Below the pieces are notes generated by a model. It worked only from the letters and a program-made list of their open reading frames with translations. It did no database searches and was not told the DNA's origin. DNA of 64,000 bases from Verrucomicrobiota bacterium (GTDB lineage Bacteria > Verrucomicrobiota > Verrucomicrobiia > Opitutales > Cerasicoccaceae). Location: the NCBI GenBank assembly GCA_039818205.1, contig JBCBUK010000004.1, positions 40,302 through 104,301 on the forward strand, in the 5' to 3' direction. Position numbers and translations under genes: made by a program. Shown piece after piece: positions 8,953 through 18,512 of this stretch (positions are counted from its first letter, which is position 1; the number at the start of each line of letters is the position of its first letter).

Positions 8953-11123
8953 ATCGCCAAATGATGTCTGAAGAAGTTACTGGATTGCCTGAGTCCGTTT
9001 TCATGCTTGGAATTGGGGGCATGGGTATGGCGCCGCTGGCCATCTATCTCTCGCAGGCGGGCGTTGCGGTGACGGGTTGGGATGACGCGATTCGCCCTGA
9101 AATGGCTGAGCTCTTGGAGAAAAATGGCGTTGAGCTGAGTGACGGTTTACCCGAGTCGCCGTCGCTGGTCGCGCGTTCAAGCGCCATTGGTGAACATCAT
9201 CGTTTGTTTATCGAGGCCAAAGATTTTGGGGCGCGTGTAATTCGCCGCGGTGAGCTGTTAGCCGAGATCCTAGCCGATAAACAGGTGGTTGCGGTAGTCG
9301 GAAGTCACGGTAAGACAACCACCACCGGTTTGTTGATTCACTTATTGAAGCGAGCGGGTTTTCCTTTTGGCTATTTGTTGGGCGGGCTATTTCGTGATCA
9401 TAGTTATCTTCCAGCCCAGTATTGTTCCGAGAGTCCGTGGGTTATTGCCGAGGTCGACGAAAGCGACGGTACCGTGGAACGCTTCTCACCAACGATCACG
9501 ACAACCGTAAATTTTGACTGGGACCACGCCGACCTCTATTCGACCGAGTCGGATTTGCGGGCTGCCTTTAAACGTTTGTTTTCTCGAACAAATGAACGGA
9601 TCATTATTCCTGAGAATTGCAATGTCCTTGGCCAGGTTGCTCCGGAAGGTATTACTTTGCGCCAGAAAGTCGGCTCTGATTTTAATGAATCGAATGCGGC
9701 CATGGCGCTGGCAACTGCGGAGCAGATGGGGGCAACGGTTGAGCAGTCAATGCTGCGGGATTTTCCGGGTATTCATCGGCGGCAAGATATCCTCTACCGA
9801 AACGAGTCGCTTAGCATCTTAGCCGACTACGCTCACCATCCGACTGAGATCCGAGCCTTGTTGGAGCATGTTCGCCACACCTACCCGGGTGAGATTGTGG
9901 CCGTTTTTCAGCCGCACCGGTATACTCGAACCCGTCAGTTCGCAGCGGAGTTTGCGGAGGTCCTTGGGTTAGCTGACAACGTTTTTTTGATGCCAGTCTA
10001 TGCCGCAAGCGAGGCTCCGTTAGAAGACGGCAAGAGCGACGTGATTGGTGCGGCTAGTCGACAAGACTGGCCCATCATGCAATCTCCGGAACTATTACAC
10101 CGGCTCGACAAAATTCTGGTAGGAGAGAGTAACCAAACGCTACTTTTTGTTGGGGCAGGGGATATCGATTCGCTCGCTCGCCGGTTTGTAAGAGACCGTG
10201 AGCGCTTCGACGGCTGGCGGACGAATCTGTCCGCTGATACACGATTGAGCATCGCCGAGCCTTTGGCCGGAAAAACAACCCTTAGGGTTGGTGGAGCTGC
10301 CCGCTACTATGCCGAGCCGGCTTCAACTGACGACCTGCAATGGTTGGTCAAAGAATGTCAGGTGGACGGTATCCCGTGGTTTGTCCTGGGGAGAGGTTCC
10401 AATTTGATCGTTTCCGATGAGGGATTTCCTGGACTCGTCGTGAGCTTGAGAAATCAAGTTTTTCGAGACTTCCAATCGCTTGGCGATGGACGAATCAGGG
10501 TCGGAGCTGGGCTTGCACTCAAGCGTCTCTGTGGCCTGGCTGCGAAGGAAGGGCTCGCGGGTTTTGAATTCCTTGAGGGGATTCCAGGGACAGTCGGCGG
10601 AGCATTGCGGATGAACGCGGGAGCCATGGGCGGGTGGATGTTTGACGTGGTTGAGCGGGTCGACTTTCTCTTGCCAACCGGTGAGATACAGTCGTTAGAG
10701 AAAGATTCGTTTCATGTTGGCTATCGCCGATGCGAAGAATTGGTCGGAGCCATCGCGCTTACGGCTGAGATCCGAGCGGGAGAACTTCACGACGGCAGTG
10801 AGATTCGCGAGCAAATGGATACCTATGCGTCGCGCCGCAAAGAGACTCAGCCGCGGGAACCAAGCGCGGGTTGCATCTTTAAGAACCCGGAGAGCAACCA
10901 TGCTGGAAAGCTGATCGACGAGTGCGGCCTCAAAGGGACGCGTATCGGTGGAGCCGAGGTATCGACGGTTCATGGCAACTTTATCATCAATCGAGAAAAT
11001 GCATCCGCTGAAGATGTGTTGGCGCTGATTCGTGCGATTCGCGCCGAGGTTCGGCGAAGCCGAGGAATCGCGCTGGAGCCCGAAGCACTTCTGATCGGTC
11101 AAACATGGGAGGACGTATTGTGA
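8949..11123 (+). CDS. murC-murB: Bifunctional MurC (UDP-MurNAc--L-alanine ligase) / MurB (UDP-N-acetylenolpyruvoylglucosamine reductase) fusion
   Basis: N-half: GIGGMGM, GSHGKTTT, EVDESDG, DYAHHPTEI, FQPHRYTRT, GAGDI (MurC). C-half: TTLRVGG, GRGSN, GIPGTVGGALRMNAGA, QP..PSAGCIFKNP, HGNF, LEPE (MurB). One 724-aa frame. Confidence 0.93.
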   Translation: MNRQMMSEEVTGLPESVFMLGIGGMGMAPLAIYLSQAGVAVTGWDDAIRPEMAELLEKNGVELSDGLPESPSLVARSSAIGEHHRLFIEAKDFGARVIRRGELLAEILADKQVVAVVGSHGKTTTTGLLIHLLKRAGFPFGYLLGGLFRDHSYLPAQYCSESPWVIAEVDESDGTVERFSPTITTTVNFDWDHADLYSTESDLRAAFKRLFSRTNERIIIPENCNVLGQVAPEGITLRQKVGSDFNESNAAMALATAEQMGATVEQSMLRDFPGIHRRQDILYRNESLSILADYAHHPTEIRALLEHVRHTYPGEIVAVFQPHRYTRTRQFAAEFAEVLGLADNVFLMPVYAASEAPLEDGKSDVIGAASRQDWPIMQSPELLHRLDKILVGESNQTLLFVGAGDIDSLARRFVRDRERFDGWRTNLSADTRLSIAEPLAGKTTLRVGGAARYYAEPASTDDLQWLVKECQVDGIPWFVLGRGSNLIVSDEGFPGLVVSLRNQVFRDFQSLGDGRIRVGAGLALKRLCGLAAKEGLAGFEFLEGIPGTVGGALRMNAGAMGGWMFDVVERVDFLLPTGEIQSLEKDSFHVGYRRCEELVGAIALTAEIRAGELHDGSEIREQMDTYASRRKETQPREPSAGCIFKNPESNHAGKLIDECGLKGTRIGGAEVSTVHGNFIINRENASAEDVLALIRAIRAEVRRSRGIALEPEALLIGQTWEDVL

Positions 11124-12052
11124 GTCAGCGAAAGCATATCACCGTGCTTTGCGGTGGAGAGTCACCGGAGGCGGAGATTTCTCGGGTGACGGGTAGTTCA
11201 GTTGCGGAAGGTTTGAGTCGTTCTTTTGAGGTCGAGCTGGTTGACCTTCCCACGGACGCATTACCGGCGGAACCGTTAACACCGGGAACGGTGGTTTTTC
11301 CTGCGATGCACGGCCCATTTGGCGAGGACGGTCAGCTGCAGCAACTCCTGGAGTCGGCTGGAATTGCCTATGCCGGATGCGCACCTGAGGCGAGCGCACT
11401 TTGCATGGACAAGGTTCGGTCAAAAGAGGTTGTTGCCGATTGCGGGTTCAAGCGGGCGCGTGACTTTCGCTTTCTCGCGCAAAGTAAACCGCTTGCCGAG
11501 CAAATCATCGAATCCGTTGGTGAGCAGATCGTGGTGAAACCGTCGAATATGGGGAGTAGTGTTGGCGTTCATATGGTCGATGGGTTAGCTGAGCTGCGAA
11601 CCGTCTTGGAGGAGCTTCCAGATGGCCAATGGATGGCCGAGGAGCGTATCGTGGGCAGTGAATATACGGTTGGTATTCTCGAAGGAGAAGCGATGGGCAT
11701 TGTCGAGATTCGACCGATCAAAGGCTTCTATGATTTGCAAAATAAGTACACTCCGGGAGCAACCCAGTACGTTTTCCCCGCGCCAATCGACGAAACTTTG
11801 GCCTGCAAAGTGAAAAAGTTTGCTGAACATGCTTTTACGGCTTGCGGTTGTCGTGATTTTGCTAGATTAGATTTTATTATCACGTCCGACGAGCGCCCAT
11901 ACTTTTTGGAAATAAACACACTTCCCGGGATGACGCCGACTAGCCTCCTCCCCAAAAGTGCGTTCTGCGTCAGCCTCGATTTTCCCAACCTCGTTAAGCG
12001 AATGGTTGAACCTGCATTTAAACGTGCCGACAACCAAAGCATTGCTCATTAA
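11120..12052 (+). CDS. ddl: D-alanine--D-alanine ligase
   Basis: GGESPEAEIS, HGPFGEDG, CMDK, KP..MGSSVG, FYD...KY, ARLDF, EINTLPGMT..SLLP; GTG start overlapping the murB stop (GTGA). Confidence 0.95.
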   Translation: MSQRKHITVLCGGESPEAEISRVTGSSVAEGLSRSFEVELVDLPTDALPAEPLTPGTVVFPAMHGPFGEDGQLQQLLESAGIAYAGCAPEASALCMDKVRSKEVVADCGFKRARDFRFLAQSKPLAEQIIESVGEQIVVKPSNMGSSVGVHMVDGLAELRTVLEELPDGQWMAEERIVGSEYTVGILEGEAMGIVEIRPIKGFYDLQNKYTPGATQYVFPAPIDETLACKVKKFAEHAFTACGCRDFARLDFIITSDERPYFLEINTLPGMTPTSLLPKSAFCVSLDFPNLVKRMVEPAFKRADNQSIAH

Positions 12053-12056
12053 AAAA

Positions 12057-12995
12057 ATGGCCAAGAAACGAACCAAGCAAACCAGCACGAATAGCACCTG
12101 GCGAAACATTCAACAAAGTTTCACCGGGCGTGCGGTTACCAAGCATGCGCGCAAGCGCCGCTGGATGCTCAACCTCAAGTTTGTCGGTGGGCTCGCCGGC
12201 TTGGCCTTGGTCGGTGCCGGGGTTTGGGCTGGGGTTCAGTTTTTAAAAAGTGATTCCTTTGCTCGAATCATGGCTGGTGGCTCGGCTCCAGTTCGCAGCG
12301 TCTATTTGGAGACCGATGGTGTGCTCGATGAGGATTGGCTCAATGATACGATTTCCATTCCCAATAACATCGAGTTGATGGCGGTCGACATCGAGGGGAT
12401 TCAAGCAGTGATGGCTGAGGATGGACAAGTTCGGTCAGCGCTCGTGGAGCGAGTTTTTCCGGATACCATTCGCATTCGCCTTGAGGAGCAGCATCCAGTC
12501 CTCCGGATTGTTATGCAGGATGCCTCGGGTAAGAAATATCTCCGACTGCTCTCGCGCGACGGGGAGGTCTACATGGGCCAAGGATATCCGAAACATCTGT
12601 TACGCAATCTGCCGTTTGCGCAGGGAGTTACTTTGCGCCGAAAAAGTGGCGGTAGCTACGAACCGGTCGAAGGCATCCCCCAAGTGGCCGATTTCATGGA
12701 AAAGGTCCGAATCTTAATGCCGGAACGGTTTACCGATTGGAAAGCGATTTCGCTCCACCATTTTGATGCTAGTGGCCAATCGGGAACTTCACGCTACGTT
12801 GTTTCGACTCGTAAAGGATACGAGATCACGTTTTCGCCCGATAATGTGGAAGAGCAGCTTGCTCGGCTTCAAAGCATTTTGAGCCGGCTGGAGTCTCAGC
12901 GTCGCCGGATTGACCGCATCGATCTATCTTTGGATGATGCGGTGGTCAAACTGGCGGACTCTTCACCCAGCCACGGCCCCGCCCGTTTCCGATGA
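12057..12995 (+). CDS. ftsQ: Cell division protein FtsQ/DivIB
   Basis: Basic N-tail, single TM, POTRA-like segment (V..ALVERVFPDTIRIRLEEQHP), C-terminal IDL; lies between ddl and ftsA. Confidence 0.85.
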   Translation: MAKKRTKQTSTNSTWRNIQQSFTGRAVTKHARKRRWMLNLKFVGGLAGLALVGAGVWAGVQFLKSDSFARIMAGGSAPVRSVYLETDGVLDEDWLNDTISIPNNIELMAVDIEGIQAVMAEDGQVRSALVERVFPDTIRIRLEEQHPVLRIVMQDASGKKYLRLLSRDGEVYMGQGYPKHLLRNLPFAQGVTLRRKSGGSYEPVEGIPQVADFMEKVRILMPERFTDWKAISLHHFDASGQSGTSRYVVSTRKGYEITFSPDNVEEQLARLQSILSRLESQRRRIDRIDLSLDDAVVKLADSSPSHGPARFR

Positions 12996-13040
12996 TCTAA
13001 CCCCGCCTGAATCAACCCGCGCCTAACGAACGACTGCAAA

Positions 13041-14252
13041 ATGAGCCAAAGTAGAATAATCGGAGCCGTCGACATCGGCGCCTCTTCAGTCACCGTCCTG
13101 GTTGGCGATATCGTCAACGGACGTAGTCTGAATATTATTGGCAAGCAGGATGCGACTTCGGCCGGGGTCAAGAAAGGAGAGATCATCGACTTCAAGGCGG
13201 TCAGCAATGCAACCCATGCAGCGATCATGGGCGCCGAGAAGAGTGCCGGCACACAGGTCGAAGGCATTTTCCTTTCTCAAACTGGCAATCACCTCGAAGG
13301 CTTTTTCAATAGTGGCGCAGTCAATGTTACCTCAAGTGATAACCGGGTTTCTCAGGGAGACATCAATCGGGTAACAACCGAAGCTAAGAGCAAGAAGCTG
13401 GCGGCTGACCGACTTTACATTCACCACATTCGCAACCATTTCATGCTCGATGGTCGACAGGTTGGTGACCCGCTAGGCATGGAAGGGGAGAAGCTCGATG
13501 TCGGATATTGGTCCGTCCACGGCGACGAGCGGAAGGTGCGCGACCACATCCACGTGATCAATGGTTTCGGGCTCAACGTTGAAGACATTATTCTCTCAAG
13601 TATCGCGTCGGGCACCGTTATCGCCAACGACGAGGAGAAACGGGCTGGAGTCTTGGTCATCGATCTCGGAGCTGGTGCTACCGATTGGGCAATCTACCAG
13701 AATGGTGTCGTTCGGCGTACTGGAGTACTTCCAGTGGGTAGCGATCATATTACTAACGACCTAGCACTCGGACTTCGCGTTAATCGGAAGTATGCCGAGA
13801 AGTTGAAGATGACTTTTGGCAAAGCAACCTTGGACTCAGAGGACATGCAGGAGAAGGTGTGGATGGTCGGCGACCAAATGATCGGTGACCGGCGGATCCC
13901 AAAACAAGCTCTGATCCAAATCATCCGCGAGCGAGTCGAAGAAACTTTTGAATTGGTGAAAAAGCAGGTTGGCGAAGGGTGCTCGCCCAAGGAGCTGCCC
14001 GCTGGCGTTATCATTACCGGTGGGGGTGCCCGCCTAGAGAATGTCGACTTGGCGGCCGAGAAGGTATTGGGTGTTCCTGCTCGTCACGGTGAGCTACCCG
14101 AGTGGGTGCATCCCAATTTGCATCAGCCGGAATACGTCACGGCGCTTGGCTTACTGCACTTTGCTCTTTCCGGCCAGTCCTTGGACGACAATCAGACACA
14201 GCGGCGCGAACGGGGTTTGTTGCGGCGGGTGTCACATCTTTTTGGAGTATAG
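13041..14252 (+). CDS. ftsA: Cell division protein FtsA
   Basis: VDIG, GVKKGEIID, IDLGAGATD, HITNDL, AEKLK, IITGGG, C-terminal amphipathic helix (GLLRRVSHLF). Confidence 0.95.
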   Translation: MSQSRIIGAVDIGASSVTVLVGDIVNGRSLNIIGKQDATSAGVKKGEIIDFKAVSNATHAAIMGAEKSAGTQVEGIFLSQTGNHLEGFFNSGAVNVTSSDNRVSQGDINRVTTEAKSKKLAADRLYIHHIRNHFMLDGRQVGDPLGMEGEKLDVGYWSVHGDERKVRDHIHVINGFGLNVEDIILSSIASGTVIANDEEKRAGVLVIDLGAGATDWAIYQNGVVRRTGVLPVGSDHITNDLALGLRVNRKYAEKLKMTFGKATLDSEDMQEKVWMVGDQMIGDRRIPKQALIQIIRERVEETFELVKKQVGEGCSPKELPAGVIITGGGARLENVDLAAEKVLGVPARHGELPEWVHPNLHQPEYVTALGLLHFALSGQSLDDNQTQRRERGLLRRVSHLFGV

Positions 14253-14268
14253 AGGGGAGTAAGAATCA

Positions 14269-15576
14269 ATGGACGAACTAAATCAAGGAAGCCAATCGTT
14301 CAGCGGCACGTTAACCCCGGAGGGTGTGCGCCTGAAGATTATTGGTGTTGGCGGAGCTGGCACCAATGCGGTGGACCGTCTTCAGTTGGACCCCAACGAG
14401 AGCGTGAATCTGGCTGCCGTAAACACCGATGCTCAAGCGCTTGAGGCGTCTCCGATCGGAGATAAGATTTTGATTGGCCGCTCGGTGACCCGTGGTATGA
14501 GTACAGGTGGAGACGTCGAGATTGGCGAGAAAGCCGCCGAGAAGGACGAAACCACATTGCGGCAGATGGTCGATGGCCAGGATTTGATTTTCCTGATTGC
14601 TGGTCTTGGTGGAGGTACCGGAAGTGGCGTGGCGCCCGTTATCGCTCGGTTAGCCGCAGAGCAGGGCGCTCTGGTTATCGCTTTCGTTACTTTGCCGTTT
14701 ACCTTGGAGGGTGCGCGTCGCCACGAGATCGCTGAGAACACACTCGCAGGCTTGCGGACGCATTGCGATGCGGTCATTCCCTTGCCCAACGACTTGCTTC
14801 TCCAGCAGATGGATGAGACCGCGACGGTTCTGGATGCCTTCGCACAAGCGGATGCCTGGATTGGTCGGGGAGTCCACTCAATTTGCTCCATGCTGACCCA
14901 GACGGGCATGATCAACGTCGACTTTGCCATGTTGCGCAAGGTGTTCTCCGGTGCCGATGGCAAAACGTTGTTTGGTCTGGGCCGTGGTGAAGGCAAAAAC
15001 TTTCTGGACGAGGCCTTGAATGACCTAGCTTTGTGCCCTTTGTTGCACACACCGGGTTTTGCCCGGCGCGCGGATAGCTTACTCGTTAACATTATTGGCG
15101 GAACCGATCTGGGCATCGCCCACGTGAATCAGATCATGGCTTCTATCGCGGATAAGTTCGGGAGCAAGGAGCAGATCGTGCTGGGTGCCGTCATTGATGA
15201 GAGTTGCCAGAGTACGGTGGAGATTTGTGTTCTCGGTGCGACCCATACCTCGGGCTATCGGCCTGAGCGGAAGGCTCGGCGGACAGCGCCAATCGAGCGA
15301 GAGCCGAGTCATCAACCCCAGAAGAAAAAGAAACGCAAACGGGTTCCGGACGATGAGCTCTTCGGCGAAGAGGGCGACCTGTTGAAGCCCCAGGTTCACG
15401 AGAGTAAGCTCGGTAAAAAGCGCCAGACCGCGATCGATCTCGACCAGGAAGAGTTCACCTTTGTTGCCGAGGACGAGCAGCGAGGATTCTTTGACAACAC
15501 TGACCGCAATATTATTGACGGAGAGGATCTCGATGTCCCGACCTACCTTCGTCGCGGTGTCCGAATCTCGCTCTGA
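14269..15576 (+). CDS. ftsZ: Cell division protein FtsZ (T7-loop variant)
   Basis: IIGVGGAGTNA, NTDAQAL, GLGGGTGSG signature, PFTLEG..R, INVDFA, C-terminal DLDVPTYLRR. Confidence 0.95.
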   Translation: MDELNQGSQSFSGTLTPEGVRLKIIGVGGAGTNAVDRLQLDPNESVNLAAVNTDAQALEASPIGDKILIGRSVTRGMSTGGDVEIGEKAAEKDETTLRQMVDGQDLIFLIAGLGGGTGSGVAPVIARLAAEQGALVIAFVTLPFTLEGARRHEIAENTLAGLRTHCDAVIPLPNDLLLQQMDETATVLDAFAQADAWIGRGVHSICSMLTQTGMINVDFAMLRKVFSGADGKTLFGLGRGEGKNFLDEALNDLALCPLLHTPGFARRADSLLVNIIGGTDLGIAHVNQIMASIADKFGSKEQIVLGAVIDESCQSTVEICVLGATHTSGYRPERKARRTAPIEREPSHQPQKKKKRKRVPDDELFGEEGDLLKPQVHESKLGKKRQTAIDLDQEEFTFVAEDEQRGFFDNTDRNIIDGEDLDVPTYLRRGVRISL

Positions 15577-15647
15577 GATTCGAGTTAGTTGATCGGTAAG
15601 ACTGTGGCTTGACGCCGTGTGGGAGCATGCGGCATAACGGCACGTTT

Positions 15648-17444
15648 ATGCTGCATGTCCGCAATGTATCTCTGGCCTACGGTGGCCCCTCTCTGCTAAA
15701 TGGTACCTCGTTTGAGGTCCAGGCGGGCGAACGCGTATGTTTAGTCGGTCGCAACGGCGCGGGAAAGTCTTCGTTGATGAAGGTCTTGGCGGGCAAGATT
15801 CAACCCGATGGCGGCGAAGTCTATGTTCCGCCTGGCAATCCGGTGGCGATGCTGGACCAGGAGGTTCCAGTGGGCTTGGCTGGCACGGTCACCGACGTGC
15901 TCGCTGCCGCCCTCGATGGACAAAACCTCGAAGATTGGGAGCGAGAGCGACGGTTGAGCCGTTTGCTCAAAGATTTGCAGATCGACGGTGACATGGTCTT
16001 CGATGATTTGTCAGCGGGCCTAAAACGGCGGGTCTTGTTTGGTCGATGCCTGGCCACTGAACCCGGAGTGTTGCTCTTGGATGAACCGACGAACCATTTG
16101 GATATCGACGCAATTAGTTGGCTGGAATCCTATCTGCCAAGCTATCGCGGAGCACTACTCTTTATTACACACGACCGTGCATTTCTACAGAATGTTGCCA
16201 CGCGAATCCTCGATCTCGAGCGCGGCCAGATAATCAGTTGGGACTGTGACTACAACACCTACCTCGGGCGTAAGGAAGCATGGTTGGAGGCTGAGGCGCG
16301 CCAGCGAGCAGAGTTTGATAAGAAGCTAGCTCAGGAGGAGGTGTGGATTCGTCGAGGTATCGAGGCCCGGCGCACTCGTAACGAAGGCCGCGTTCGCGCT
16401 TTGCTCAAGATGCGTTCTGAGCATCGCAGCCGCCGTGAGCGTCAAGGTACCGTAAATCTTGCAATGGAGGAGGCCGACAAATCTGGTTTGAAAGTTATTG
16501 CCGCCGAGGACGTGCAATTTGGCTATGAGGGTCAACCGATCATCAAGGATTTTTCGACCCTGATCCGTCGCGGCGACAAGGTTGGAATCGTCGGTGGCAA
16601 TGGCGCTGGTAAAACGACGCTGGTTCGTCTCTTACTGGGAAAGCTCAAGCCGGATCAAGGTTGGGTTAAGTTGGGGACGAACATCGAGATTGCTTACTTT
16701 GACCAGATGCGAGAGCAGCTCGACCCCGAGATGATGGTCGTCGACGCGATTGCTGGTGGCAGGGATTCCGTTACGATCAACGGCCAGCGAAGGCATGTCC
16801 TGGGCTATCTCGGTGACTTTTTGTTTTCTCCCGATCGCGCTCGCGGCCCAGTCAAGGCACTCTCGGGTGGCGAACGCAATCGGCTCTTGTTGGCCCGCCT
16901 GTTCACTAAGCCGTTTAACCTGTTGGTGATGGACGAGCCAACCAACGATCTCGATCTTGAAACACTGGAACTGTTGGAGGAGCGTTTGCTCGAGTATTCG
17001 GGTACCCTGCTCCTGGTAAGTCATGACCGTGCATTCTTAGACAATGTGGTGACGGAGCTTTTCGTGCTCGATGGTAGTTCCACCGTGCAGGAAATTGTTG
17101 GCGGTTACACCGACTACCTGGAACTCCGCAAAGCCGCGGAACAGAAGCCGCGATCCACGGCGACTTCAAAGGCAGAAAAACCCAAGGGGAAGCCGCCGAA
17201 AGCACGCAAGTTCCTCAACCGAGAGCGTTGGGAATGGGAGCGCTTGCCGGATGAGATCGAGGCGCTCGAAACCGAACAGGGGCAACTCGCCGAGAAGCTT
17301 AGCGATGGAGCGCTGTATCAAGAAACAGCGAAAGATGAATTGGCGCAGGTGCAGGCTCGTTTGGCTGAGATCGAAGAAAGTATTTTGGAGAAATACACGC
17401 GTTGGGAAGAACTCGACGCTCTAAAGACCGAGATCGAAGGCTAG
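15648..17444 (+). CDS. uup: ABC-F family ATP-binding protein, Uup-like
   Basis: Two ABC domains (GRNGAGKS/LSAG/LDEPTNHLD; GGNGAGKT/LSGGE/DEPTNDLD), linker WIRRGIEARRTRNEGRVRAL, C-terminal coiled coil ending RWEEL. Confidence 0.9.
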   Translation: MLHVRNVSLAYGGPSLLNGTSFEVQAGERVCLVGRNGAGKSSLMKVLAGKIQPDGGEVYVPPGNPVAMLDQEVPVGLAGTVTDVLAAALDGQNLEDWERERRLSRLLKDLQIDGDMVFDDLSAGLKRRVLFGRCLATEPGVLLLDEPTNHLDIDAISWLESYLPSYRGALLFITHDRAFLQNVATRILDLERGQIISWDCDYNTYLGRKEAWLEAEARQRAEFDKKLAQEEVWIRRGIEARRTRNEGRVRALLKMRSEHRSRRERQGTVNLAMEEADKSGLKVIAAEDVQFGYEGQPIIKDFSTLIRRGDKVGIVGGNGAGKTTLVRLLLGKLKPDQGWVKLGTNIEIAYFDQMREQLDPEMMVVDAIAGGRDSVTINGQRRHVLGYLGDFLFSPDRARGPVKALSGGERNRLLLARLFTKPFNLLVMDEPTNDLDLETLELLEERLLEYSGTLLLVSHDRAFLDNVVTELFVLDGSSTVQEIVGGYTDYLELRKAAEQKPRSTATSKAEKPKGKPPKARKFLNRERWEWERLPDEIEALETEQGQLAEKLSDGALYQETAKDELAQVQARLAEIEESILEKYTRWEELDALKTEIEG

Positions 17445-17540
17445 GCGAGATCTCTCGCCAGATGCCTTGGGCTTGGGGTTCTCGACCCGGTTTGATATTT
17501 TAGGATTGGCGCACCGGCGAATTGGCAGTTCCTTGGTGGC

Positions 17541-18503
17541 GTGAATCCCGACGCCTCAGCTGATTCAACCCGGTCGCAACCACTTCAAGTGCTGGAAGAT
17601 GCCTTTGAGCGTGGGCAGCTGGCGCATGCCCTCTTGCTTCAAGGAGCCAGTATCGAAAGTTTGGATGCGGCCTGCCGTGTGATGGCGGGTAAGTTGCTCG
17701 AGACCGATGCGCCTCAGGATCACCCCGACTTTTTCAGCCTCCGCCCAAGCAAGAAATCTCGCCGTATCGGAATTGGTACTGACTCCGAGAAAGTGGGTGG
17801 TCAGTGGCCGCTGAATTCGATGCGTCGGTTCATCGCCGATCTTTCGCTGAGTGCAAACCGAGGAATGCGCAAAGTGGGTGTCGTTTATGAAGCCGATCGA
17901 CTCATGCCGCAGGCAGCAAACGCTTTTCTGAAAACCCTGGAAGAGCCCCCGCGCGATACGATTTTGTTTTTGCTGACAATTCGCCCCTATGACCTGTTGG
18001 CGACAATACGATCGCGGTGCCTGCTGGTGAGCTTTCCGGCCGAGAGCGATAGCATACAAGATCCCGAATGGCGCCAGTGGCTGGACGATTACGCCGAGCT
18101 GGTGACTTTGGCTGGCCGAGGCGCAAACCGTAGTTCGGCACCTGAGTTGATTATTGGTTCCTACGGCTTGATCACGCGCTTCCAAGGGATTCAACAGAGC
18201 CTGGTTGCAACCGCTTGGAAGGCTTACAAGGCAACCTTGCCGGATCGTCTTTCGGATGACGAAGTGACGGCTCTGGAAACCGGTTACCAGAAGAGTCTTC
18301 GTGGCCGCATGCTCATGGAGTTGGAAACGCAAACGCGCAATGCGGCGCTACAGAGTGAAGACATTTCGACCGCAGGCCGCCGTCTCGATCGGGTGACCCA
18401 GCTGCTTGAAAAAGCTTCGGGCTTACTGGAAGTCAATTTCCAGGAAGCCGCTGCTCTCGAATATTTCTTATTGTCCAGTCTCCGCGTCTGGGCGCGGAGC
18501 TGA
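17541..18503 (+). CDS. holB: DNA polymerase III clamp-loader subunit delta-prime-like protein
   Basis: AHALL, HPDF, ANAFLKTLEEPP, TIRSRC; no intact Walker A and no Cys4 zinc module. Confidence 0.75.
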   Translation: MNPDASADSTRSQPLQVLEDAFERGQLAHALLLQGASIESLDAACRVMAGKLLETDAPQDHPDFFSLRPSKKSRRIGIGTDSEKVGGQWPLNSMRRFIADLSLSANRGMRKVGVVYEADRLMPQAANAFLKTLEEPPRDTILFLLTIRPYDLLATIRSRCLLVSFPAESDSIQDPEWRQWLDDYAELVTLAGRGANRSSAPELIIGSYGLITRFQGIQQSLVATAWKAYKATLPDRLSDDEVTALETGYQKSLRGRMLMELETQTRNAALQSEDISTAGRRLDRVTQLLEKASGLLEVNFQEAAALEYFLLSSLRVWARS

Positions 18504-18512
18504 GCTTGTTGG

